Part shown: positions 1-8,393 of the stretch, piece after piece
How positions within the stretch are numbered: the first letter of the stretch is position 1
How the letters are laid out: every line of letters starts with the position of its first letter
From: Andalucia godoyi And28
Taxonomy: Eukaryota > Protista > Jakobida
Assembly: GCA_009859145.1 (NCBI GenBank)
Contig: VRVR01000008.1
Coordinates: 133,494-197,493, forward strand
Direction: 5' to 3'
Length of the DNA: 64,000 bases
The notes under the pieces: generated by a model
Seen by the model: the letters and a program-made list of their open reading frames with translations, nothing else
What the model was told of the DNA's origin: nothing
Database searches by the model: none
Position numbers and translations under genes: made by a program

Positions 1-211
1 GAGTCTCTTCGGATTTTCCATTTTTTTTTCCGACGTTTGTTCCAAAAATGAAACGGATCCTCGGTCCTTCAAGGGGGAAGATGAGAAAACGAAACATCTC
101 GGTGGAACGGATGCTGCCAAACCGACAGCTGATCTGCTCGGACTGGAGTGAACAGGTAGCGTTTTGACAGTGACTGATATCCCCCCGTCGACTTCCCATC
201 TGGTACCACCG

Positions 212-715
212 TTGAATAATAATAACACGTCATTGTCATGCATACGGGAGTATGCATAAAACAGACACGATCAACACTGGCCGACACTAGCACGTTTGTT
301 TCACAGGGAATCCGTGCTTACGCACGCTCGGCCTTTAAGGCAACATCCGTAGCCATGTATCATTCTATCATTCGTTGGTTTGGTTTTTTGGTTTCACTTT
401 TTGCAACGTTTGTGTCATGCGGCGACCGAGTATCGCGAGCGCCATGTTGCCATCGTGACGGAGGAGTACACGTCCAAAACGTGCGGGCGCTGCGGTGAGA
501 TCCATGCACGTCTTAGGCGGAAGCAAAAAAGCGTTTTGCATGTCCCGCGTGCAGCTCGCAGATTGATCGAGATTGGAACGGAACGCGGAACATCTATCTG
601 AAGAGTGCCGTGAGGCGTGTTGGGGGCCTATCCGCTTCCCGGCAACGGGATGCAAGACTGAATATGCATGTCTATTCGTAGATATGCTTGTTCGATGTAC
701 GGTATATTGTAGGCG
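212..715 (+). mobile_element. Non-autonomous Fanzor2/TnpB-derived element, subfamily A, copy 1
   Basis: Near-identical inverted copy at 29568-30046. Homology between copies starts right after (A)CCG at 209-211 and ends at TGTAGG(CG) 708-715. Contains a frameshifted RuvC/zinc-ribbon C-terminus followed by a hairpin-rich 3' end. Confidence 0.85.
389..681 (+). pseudogene. Fanzor2/TnpB C-terminal remnant (RuvC-II tail, zinc ribbon, RuvC-III)
   Basis: Reads WFHFLQRLCHAATEYRERHVAIVTEEYTSKTCGRCGEIHARL, then after +1 shift GGSKKAF, then after +1 shift ACPACSSQIDRDWNGTRNIYLKS. This matches the TnpB/Fanzor pattern E-YTSKTCxxCG...CxxC...DRDxNGARNI. Confidence 0.88.
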
Positions 716-735
716 TGAAGCAGCTGTAAAAAACT
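600..735 (+). ncRNA. Candidate omegaRNA (scaffold to 715, flank-derived guide about 716-735)
   Basis: Overlaps the nuclease 3' end as TnpB/Fanzor omegaRNAs do. TCCCG-GCAA-CGGGA hairpin (637-650), GCATGTCTA-TTCG-TAGATATGC hairpin (666-687), and GCCTAT (626-631) complementary to terminal GTAGGC (709-714). Transcript limits are inferred. Confidence 0.65.
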
Positions 736-973
736 AAATTACCCTCCAAGAATTTGGCTCGCATGCTGCGCCAGTTCGTCGGAGGTCGATGGCTGTCAAC
801 TCTGCCGTACTACCCGACGAAAATCACGACCGTCCTCAGAACGTTTGGGTTGGAGAGTAGTACCTCGAATAAATGACGTGCTGCTGTTCCTTCTTGATAA
901 TGCGTGCTGCGAAAAACGGCGACGAGTTTGAGAAGCAGAAGCGATTTTGGGGAGAAAGAAAGGCGCGCGATTC

Positions 974-1333
974 ATGGATGCAAAGGACGAGCTAAATCAC
1001 ATTGTGGGAATTATTTCACAGGAAGAATCCATCATGGAGGATCTCCAATTCCAAAAGGCGCAGCTTGAAGACTTGAAGCAAAAGCTCGCAGATCAACAGT
1101 CTGCTTTTGCAGGACTTGGAAAATCCTCCAGCTTTGCAAGCTGTCGCCGAGCCTGGCTGTTTACAGGTTCAAATTTTCTCAAAGTCGACCGCGAGTCTGC
1201 GCTGCGCATGATGAAGGATGACGAAAAACGACTACTTGCCGAAATTGAGAGTGTGCAAGAAGTAATTCGCGAGCGGATCTTTGAGTTGGACGTCGTTCGT
1301 GGACGACAGCGAGAAGCAGTCGAGCACCAATAA
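974..1333 (+). CDS. PDRG1: Prefoldin beta-like protein, PDRG1-like
   Basis: Coiled coil - short beta hairpin (AWLFTGSNFLKV) - coiled coil, about 119 aa from the first ATG at 974. Confidence 0.55.
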   Translation: MDAKDELNHIVGIISQEESIMEDLQFQKAQLEDLKQKLADQQSAFAGLGKSSSFASCRRAWLFTGSNFLKVDRESALRMMKDDEKRLLAEIESVQEVIRERIFELDVVRGRQREAVEHQ

Positions 1334-1871
1334 ATCAAGACGCCACAGCGGAGTTTGAACACGAGTGAGCGACAAGGTGAGGAGGCGAAACTGCATCATT
1401 ATGACTACTATTTTTTTGGATGACGCTTGGTTTACAAAGATCCCGTTTCAGCTGAAGATGTGTTTTTTTTGTTTTTTGTTTTTTTGCTTTCGTTTTCTCC
1501 TTAGTTCCAAAAAAACAAAACAAAAAACAAAACAAAAACACACTGTCAACGGAAAGAAGGATGCAGACATGCGGATGTCAGATATGGTACACAGCAACAA
1601 ACAACAAACTGCCCAGCAGTAGCAACAGTCCTTCGAAAGGGTGGAGCAAGAGGGAGGAAGCACAAAACTACTGGTAGGGAAATAGCGACTACCGGAAATA
1701 ATACGGAGCACATGAGGGGAAGGAGGGAGAGAGAGAGAGAGAGAGAGATAATAAGAAATGAAGAAAAAACCTAGAAGAACATCAATTCCGAAGGACACAA
1801 ACACAGACAAGGATAGGATAGGATACGCAAACATAATGATTCCAAGCTTCAAGCGAAACACATGAGACCCG

Positions 1872-3302
1872 CTAAACCTTCACAGAGGAAAACCTGTTCA
1901 TGGCATCCGCTTCGTACGGTGGTCGCTTCTCATTAATCGCGTCAAGCTGCTTCGCCTCTCGAAAGTTTGAAATTGCAAGGCGGACGGCAGACGGACCTTG
2001 TTGCAGAAGACCCTTCGGCAGCTGGCCACCAGCAAGGCCCTTAAGCTCCACAATGGCTTCCGACTCCTCGCGCAGAGTCTTGCACATCCTTGTCATCTTC
2101 GCCACAGACCGGATCTTTGCCTTGATGGTTTCCTTTCGCGCAATGAGCTCCGGAGATGACTCTTCCTCGTCGGACTCCACTTCATCTTCATCTTTGTCGC
2201 ACAAATTAAGGATCGTCGACATGATATCCATCACCTTCTCAGCAACAAATGGCAAAGACCAGTTGAATGCGTTCATGAAATTCGGCAAATAGTATGGATG
2301 CGGAGATGCATTGAACTGGCGAATGTTCATCAGGTTGTTCTGGAAACGAATGATGGCCCCCTTGTTGTTGTACACGTCGCAGTAGTTTGGAGCGGAAAAG
2401 ATGCAAATAACAGAGGGAAAATCCGTTGTCTCGCACTTTCGATACAAACGGTATCCTTCATCTTGAGCCTCGTGGGCGCGAATAACCGATAGCAAGTTGT
2501 TGTTCTTCAAAAAAGTCGACGCTGCTCGATATGAAAACACATACGAGCATCCACGCAAGTCGTTGTTCAGGAAATCAGCATCGGGCTCGTTGTCTTCGTC
2601 TTCATCTTCCATGGGATCGGACCAAAGCAGATCACACATCGGGCCTGAGGGGGGAGGTTCTCTGAATCGGTTGATCGATTCAATGTCCGCCAAAGACAGA
2701 ATGTCCGGTGAAAGACCGCCGTGAATGCACAGAAACCGCCCATTCAGCAGCGCACCCAACGGCAAACAGTCAAAGCAGTTCATGAAAGCCTCGTAAACCT
2801 CAATGTCATACTTGTAAATACACTCCTTCTTAAAGTTGAAGTATGCCGTCAAATGCCGGCACTCGTGATTTCCTCGAAGCATAAAGAACGACTTTGGATT
2901 GCAAATTTTGAGAGAAAGCAGATAGAGCGTCACTTCGCAAGAAAAGCAGCCGCGGTCCACGTAATCACCTAGAAACAAGTACTGACTCTGCGACGGGTCT
3001 CCGCCAACATCAAACAGTTTGACAAGATCATAGAACTGCCCATGAATGTCTCCACACACCGTAATGGGATCTTGGATATGAAGCACGTTTGGCTCGCGTC
3101 TCAAAACATCCCCCGCTCTCTTGATGAGCTCAATTGCATCTTCTTTGCTCAACCGACCTTCTCCAAAAAAGTGGGTTTTCAGATTTTCCGGAATCGGAAG
3201 ACCTGTCGAAGACGAAAACACCTTGGAATGCGCCAACGTATCCGCAATGACCGGAGGAACATCCTTCATGACACGCCCAGGATCTCTCAAGCCACCGGAC
3301 AT
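1872..3302 (-). CDS. CNA1: Calcineurin A (PP2B catalytic subunit)
   Basis: GDIHG, GDYVDRG, RGNHE, SAPNYCD motifs; CnB-binding helix (FNWSLPFVAEKV); calmodulin-binding segment (RKETIKAKIRSVAKM) and autoinhibitory tail (DAINEKRPP). Confidence 0.97.
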   Translation of the reverse strand: MSGGLRDPGRVMKDVPPVIADTLAHSKVFSSSTGLPIPENLKTHFFGEGRLSKEDAIELIKRAGDVLRREPNVLHIQDPITVCGDIHGQFYDLVKLFDVGGDPSQSQYLFLGDYVDRGCFSCEVTLYLLSLKICNPKSFFMLRGNHECRHLTAYFNFKKECIYKYDIEVYEAFMNCFDCLPLGALLNGRFLCIHGGLSPDILSLADIESINRFREPPPSGPMCDLLWSDPMEDEDEDNEPDADFLNNDLRGCSYVFSYRAASTFLKNNNLLSVIRAHEAQDEGYRLYRKCETTDFPSVICIFSAPNYCDVYNNKGAIIRFQNNLMNIRQFNASPHPYYLPNFMNAFNWSLPFVAEKVMDIMSTILNLCDKDEDEVESDEEESSPELIARKETIKAKIRSVAKMTRMCKTLREESEAIVELKGLAGGQLPKGLLQQGPSAVRLAISNFREAKQLDAINEKRPPYEADAMNRFSSVKV

Positions 3303-3548
3303 TTTTCTTTCTTCCTTACTTCCTTCACTTCCTTTCCTAAAAGCCTGTCTTTTCGTTGATGCTTTTAAAAATATTTACGAAACGTGGATTCGAGAACGCA
3401 GATAATGGAGTTCAGCGAAACAGCCAACTTATTTTTTCTTGAAAAAAATAAAAAGAAACGAAGAAAGAACAGACAGAAAGACACAACGAAAAAAGAAAGA
3501 AAAAAGGTGGTCAATGAGAGGCGCGAATGAACGAACAACTCAGAGAAG

Positions 3549-3674
3549 AACAATGAGAACAATGATAACAATGATAACAATGATAACAATGATAACAATG
3601 ATAACAATGATAACAATGATAACAATGATAACAATGATAACAATGATAACAATGATAACAATGATAACAATGAT
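3549..3674. repeat. 9-bp tandem repeat (AACAATGAT)n, about 14 units
   Basis: Directly visible near-perfect array upstream of calcineurin A. Confidence 0.95.
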
Positions 3675-3949
3675 GATTAAAAAATGAACCAAAAATAATA
3701 ATAACAAGTATGGACTCGGGAAATCAAAAAAGGCAAAGAAGATGATGCTGTTGGAGCTCTCCCATCGAGGCTCCCGACAAACCAATCAACTGCAACAAAT
3801 GAGGCAAGATTCGCAAAATGGGTTTGATCGTGCGACTATCCGCAAAACAAAAGACTGTTTTGGGTTCTCTTTTTGGAATAGTTGACAGTAGATGACAGCA
3901 TGCAAAGCCGGCGAAAAAGGCATCCTCTCCTTACGGAAGGAAGGACTGT

Positions 3950-4090
3950 CGAGACTGGTGAGGCAGAGACGCCTACAGTGTGCACGAACCCACGGATCAT
4001 CATCGCTGATCACCCATAATCAATGTTGCAACCCAACAACATGCACAGCATGATTGGGAAGGGGGTAGGCCCCAACACGCCCCTCGGCAT
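3950..4090 (-). ncRNA. Candidate omegaRNA of subfamily B element (scaffold 4090-3970, guide about 3969-3950)
   Basis: Shares GGCGTGTTGGGG(G)CCTA..CTTCCC and terminal GTTC..TGTAGGCG with subfamily A. Minus-strand GCCTAC (4070-4065) is perfectly complementary to terminal GTAGGC (3976-3971). Confidence 0.6.
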
Positions 4091-4362
4091 GAGAGACGTT
4101 CCTAAGATAGATGCTGCGTTGCATGGACAATAACAATAAAAATAAAGAAATGAGCGTCGCTGTGCGAGAATGCCACGCGGCGGCGTATTTATAAAGGGAT
4201 TTCATGATCGAAAAGTGGGGGGGGGGGGGGGGCGAAACGAATCGGGCATCGTGTGACGGAGTTGCCAAGATAGCAAACGCATGCGCATGCGGCATGGCGC
4301 GTGGCAGTGTTTTTTGTTTACATGCCCTTTAGATTGCTTCATCATATCGCAATAAGAGGCAG
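3970..4362 (-). mobile_element. Non-autonomous Fanzor-derived element, subfamily B, copy 1
   Basis: Its 5' ~240 nt match 63769-64000 in inverted orientation. Begins after CCG (4365-4363) and ends TGTAGGCG. Retains AACGCAGCATCTATCTTAGGAAC, a decayed NAARNIYLRN RuvC-III tail. Confidence 0.8.
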
Positions 4363-6555
4363 CGGCGGCCGTTCGGAATCCACAGCCTGCTGCTGCTCTG
4401 CGAGCTGGTTGGTTGCTTCGCACAGCGGGTCAAGAGAGAAGTCCAGAAGAGCACTATCCAGCAATCGATTACGACTCGTGTTTGCCATTGCGATGTCGCC
4501 CAACACAGCGCCGCCGCCCCCATCGGAGTGGATGATTTTCGCTTGCAGGGACAAATGGTCTCGAAGAAATGCGTCTTTCCAGGTAATTTCCAAGATCGCT
4601 CCATGGTTTTCATAGTGGCCCATGTAGGCAGTTGCACTAAACAGAGTTACCACACGCCCGGCTGCGGAAAAACCCACCCCATCTGAGGTTACCTGATGTG
4701 CTCTCAGCAGCATTTGGAGGTTCGAACGCTGCAAAAAGGAATGCGACACATCCGGCCCAAATGTGCACACGCTCGGGCCTCGGCTGTTGGGGTGAATTCC
4801 CTCTACCGCATCGGAATCGGTGGGATCACTCCACAGCATGTCCATGAAAACTTCACGATCTCCGTCGTCTTCGTCAAAATCGGCCAACAGCATCCCTTTT
4901 TTGCATCGAGCTGCTACACGGAACATGTCGTCAAGGGATTTTGTGCGTCCAATGCCGCCATGGACGCAGAGAATGGAGTCCTCAATTAATGCAATCGGGG
5001 ACAGATAGGCAAATATCCTTTCATTCACCTCTCGAAAGATCCTTCGACCGGCTGAAGCACCAAATCGCTGCTCGCACTCCTCCAGAAATCCAAAGCTTGT
5101 GTTCGTAGAAGGGTCCTCATGATTGCCTCGAAGAATAAAGATTTTTTGTGGATACTGGATTTTCAACAGCAGCAACGAGAACAGACATTCAAGAGAGTGT
5201 CTGCCGCGATCAACGATGTCACCCAAGAACAAATAGGACATGTGCGCAATATCACCGTTCGGCACCCAGTCACACGGGAACCCGATTATGGAAAAATACT
5301 TCATCATGTCCGAAAACTGTCCATGGAGATCTCCGAAACAGCGGACAGGGGCAGCAACACGGATGACGGCAGATTCAGACCGCAAGACGGTTGACGCGGC
5401 ACTGATTACCGCAAGCGCATCATCCACCGCAAGCGGTGCACGACCGTACCGACCGGCGAACCGCGCAGAGCTAGCAATTCTGGGATCTGGAGCGACGTCA
5501 TCGCTCCGTGAACCAGAAAAAATATCGCTAAGCAGGCGCCGAATGTGGCTGTGATTCCCGGAATGGTGAGAAACGGCGTCGGTGCTCCTCAGCAAGAAGT
5601 TCCTGATCTTTTGCTGTCCAACGGCTTTCTTTGCGACAAAAGACGCGGAATCGATTGCATGATCGATCGAACCAAGTACGAACTTCCTGACTCGTACACA
5701 CGCCGCACGCTCATTCCACGTGACCTTCGGTACTGTTTTACGTGACGAAATGGTCGTCGCAAGAGACTTTGTTTTCTCAAACACATCCCATAGACCCTCG
5801 TCATTCCACGAATTATTACTGTCTTCCCAGTTCAGCGCAGAAGTTTCTGCAGACACGATCTCTTCGTGAAATGCGCATGTCCCAGCCTCGCGAAGACTGT
5901 TTCCGTCCCGGAAATACTGCAGAAGAGGACATACGTGAGACAGTCGGAACAGGCTCCACAGACCTTTGATTCGACCACGCTCCACTGCATGCAACCACTC
6001 GTCCAATGAAATCACAGCTTGATGGTGCGCATTTTTGTTGCAAGCGGTGAGAATGCGGTGAATCTCGGCGTGAATGGAATTGTGATCCAATGGACATCCG
6101 CGTGCTCGAAGAAGATGCCGGGCCATGTGTTTTACGTCTTCTGTGCGAAGACCTCTTGCAGGATCGTGACTGTAAGTGTCGAAAATATATCGAGCGCGTT
6201 CCAGTTTCCAGACGCTTCTGCGTAGGGCTCCGTCGGGACCCGCATTCATGCCCAACGATGTGACATCCATTGCCATCATGCCGAGACTGAATTCCTTCTC
6301 GTCTACTTTTCCTGAACGACTCCTGTTAAACGCCGAATAGTATCGATCTGCATAGCCGGGATGAACACCGTTCTTCTCCAACAGAGTCTGGAATGTCTGC
6401 AAATCGACAACCGGTTTCCCTGCTTCTTCTCCTTTGGACATCGACCTGAACGACTCGTGAACACGCTTCACCATGTCTAGGGAGTACGATGCTGCGAGAA
6501 TCAGTTGGGATGGATCGACGGTCCATCGTGATCTCGATGAATTCTGCTCGGCCAT
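4342..6555 (-). CDS. PPP-family Ser/Thr phosphatase with N-terminal EF-hand-like region and BSU1/PPKL-like catalytic domain
   Basis: GDLHG, GDIVDRG, RGNHE, HGGIG, DMLWSDPT..EG..PNSRGP..TFGPD, TLFSAT; EF-hand-like loop FNRSRSGKVDEKEF. Start at first plausible ATG (MAEQ). The last 6 codons and the stop lie inside the element. Confidence 0.85.
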   Translation of the reverse strand: MAEQNSSRSRWTVDPSQLILAASYSLDMVKRVHESFRSMSKGEEAGKPVVDLQTFQTLLEKNGVHPGYADRYYSAFNRSRSGKVDEKEFSLGMMAMDVTSLGMNAGPDGALRRSVWKLERARYIFDTYSHDPARGLRTEDVKHMARHLLRARGCPLDHNSIHAEIHRILTACNKNAHHQAVISLDEWLHAVERGRIKGLWSLFRLSHVCPLLQYFRDGNSLREAGTCAFHEEIVSAETSALNWEDSNNSWNDEGLWDVFEKTKSLATTISSRKTVPKVTWNERAACVRVRKFVLGSIDHAIDSASFVAKKAVGQQKIRNFLLRSTDAVSHHSGNHSHIRRLLSDIFSGSRSDDVAPDPRIASSARFAGRYGRAPLAVDDALAVISAASTVLRSESAVIRVAAPVRCFGDLHGQFSDMMKYFSIIGFPCDWVPNGDIAHMSYLFLGDIVDRGRHSLECLFSLLLLKIQYPQKIFILRGNHEDPSTNTSFGFLEECEQRFGASAGRRIFREVNERIFAYLSPIALIEDSILCVHGGIGRTKSLDDMFRVAARCKKGMLLADFDEDDGDREVFMDMLWSDPTDSDAVEGIHPNSRGPSVCTFGPDVSHSFLQRSNLQMLLRAHQVTSDGVGFSAAGRVVTLFSATAYMGHYENHGAILEITWKDAFLRDHLSLQAKIIHSDGGGGAVLGDIAMANTSRNRLLDSALLDFSLDPLCEATNQLAEQQQAVDSERPPLPLIAI

Positions 6556-6766
6556 ATTTCGCTTCAGTGAACCCTTGGCTGCAGCATGCACGTTGTGTTG
6601 GCGGGTGAGCGGATTGAGCAGTTGGATATGTTTATATCCTTTTAACTCACGAATCGTTGCAAGGATTCGGGTTTCACGCGTCACACACCCATCTCTCAAA
6701 AAGGAATCTTCGTCAGCCCGATAATCTGCATCATGAAATATGAAAGGACTCCAAAAAGAGAACTAT

Positions 6767-8125
6767 TTACCGCTTTTTAGAACCCCGGGCCTTCATGGCG
6801 GCATGTCTTGGAGATTTCTGATGAATCTCGTGTTTGGCCGCCTTCTTGCCGACCTTCTTAGGAGGCGGTGACGGTTCCTCCTCCGCGGAACCATCATCAC
6901 CATCACCATCACCATCACTTGCACTGGAGTTGTCATCATCATCATTGTCTTCCTCGTCGATAGATTCATGTTTTCGAGAGGCTGCAGAAGCAGATACTCG
7001 TTGGGCTATTGCTGGGGCAGGCTTCAGGAGAGCACCCGCTCTCGACTTGACAGGCTTTGACTGTTGTTGTTGTTGTTGTTGATGCTGTTGTTCTTCATCA
7101 TCATCTTCATCTTCGAAGAACTTGTCCAGACCGTCATCTTCATCTGTTTCCGAATTGTGTTCCAAAGATCGCTTTCTGGTTCTCTTCTTGTCGTCGTCCT
7201 CGTCTTCAAGCGCAACGACACAATTCACACGGGTCTTCACAAACACCTCCCAAGAAGGCGCACTGGCATCTACGTGGTAGCAGCGGACAAACCGGTCCAA
7301 ACCGGCAACCAAGATGAAGTCTTTGAGATTGAAAAGAGCGCGCACAGATCCAGTCACTCCCTTGTATCGGTGCAGTGTCTTGGAACCCCGTACAGAATAC
7401 ACATCGCCCTGTCTCGATCCCACCACATACACGCCAGGTTGAGTTGATACAGCACACATCGATATGAAACCACAGCTCATTTCGTCGTGCTTCTCGGCAA
7501 CCTTTCGATTCAAGACCGGACGTCTCATGTCCGTTGCAAAGTCGTACATTCTAAAATCTCCAAAAGATGTACAGCATGCAATGTCGGTGGAGGACGCAAC
7601 GAAAAAGTCGGTGGGCCAGATGCGGGCTTGCAGCTTTGTCTTGTCCGGATGCACGTTCTTTGCTCGATGCACGCACTGCTTGCTCTGTAAATCCCACACA
7701 GTGAGATCAACGTCTTTTCCACCAACTGCAGCATACGGCCAATTGCACCGAAAGCGGACGGTCGGCTGGCGCCTCGTGTCCAAATAAAGCTCAACCTTTG
7801 CACAGCTCGCCTCCAGCCCATGCACGAACACTCTTCCTTTGGAATCACATGAAAAATACTGGTTCTCGAGCGGGCCCTTCACGAATCCTACGCAGCCGCC
7901 CTCATGTTCCTGCTTCCATTTCAATACTTCTTTCTCCTTTGAAATATCAAGGTGGCAAATGTCTCCGTTCTCATACACTGCCACAATATGCATCGGGGTC
8001 CAGGACTCGCACAATGCGACAACCGCGCGGTCTCGAACCGGCTGACCAATCGCAAGAATCACCGATTTTGTCTTTGAACTCACGACTTTGACTACTCCAG
8101 TCTCGTCTCCCGCAACGACTTTCAT
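6767..8125 (-). CDS. WDR74: WD40 60S biogenesis factor WDR74/Nsa1
   Basis: Starts MKVVAGDETGVVKV; AVGGKD.DL.VWDL, A.NV..D...LQ..IW, MRRPV, GLDRFVRCY motifs; acidic/basic tail. Confidence 0.85.
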   Translation of the reverse strand: MKVVAGDETGVVKVVSSKTKSVILAIGQPVRDRAVVALCESWTPMHIVAVYENGDICHLDISKEKEVLKWKQEHEGGCVGFVKGPLENQYFSCDSKGRVFVHGLEASCAKVELYLDTRRQPTVRFRCNWPYAAVGGKDVDLTVWDLQSKQCVHRAKNVHPDKTKLQARIWPTDFFVASSTDIACCTSFGDFRMYDFATDMRRPVLNRKVAEKHDEMSCGFISMCAVSTQPGVYVVGSRQGDVYSVRGSKTLHRYKGVTGSVRALFNLKDFILVAGLDRFVRCYHVDASAPSWEVFVKTRVNCVVALEDEDDDKKRTRKRSLEHNSETDEDDGLDKFFEDEDDDEEQQHQQQQQQQSKPVKSRAGALLKPAPAIAQRVSASAASRKHESIDEEDNDDDDNSSASDGDGDGDDGSAEEEPSPPPKKVGKKAAKHEIHQKSPRHAAMKARGSKKR

Positions 8126-8393
8126 CGTCGTACTGGTCGTGCTAACAATGCTCCAACAAACAAAGTATAGAAAAACACCAACTTTCCAAATAAATAAATA
8201 CATGAATAAAGAATGCGCGAAACTTTTCCTCTCCTTTTCTTCCTCTCCAGTTTTCCGAGAAGTCCGGCGCTGGGAAATCTCAATAATGATGACTGTTTGT
8301 TTTATACGCATTTACGTATTTTAAATGTTTCAGTAACAAATCTTTAATTGATGATTTACGTGCTTTTATAATTTATTGTAAATTGCTGAAGAG

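Noticed and set aside
212-400. Group I intron (IStron) or spliceosomal intron identity for the elements
   Set aside because: Right ends contain TAG|G, but left ends start TTG or CTG rather than GT, and no group I core motifs were recognisable.
238-498. IS607 transposase remnant in the left part of subfamily A
   Set aside because: Only a weak AYAR resemblance; no convincing serine-recombinase motif.
1365-1861. Short ORFs between PDRG1-like and calcineurin A
   Set aside because: Dominated by A/T and GA runs; no motif support.
3549-3674. Possible CRISPR array
   Set aside because: Contiguous 9-bp units with no spacers and no cas genes; the ITM/LSL ORFs across it are repeat artefacts.
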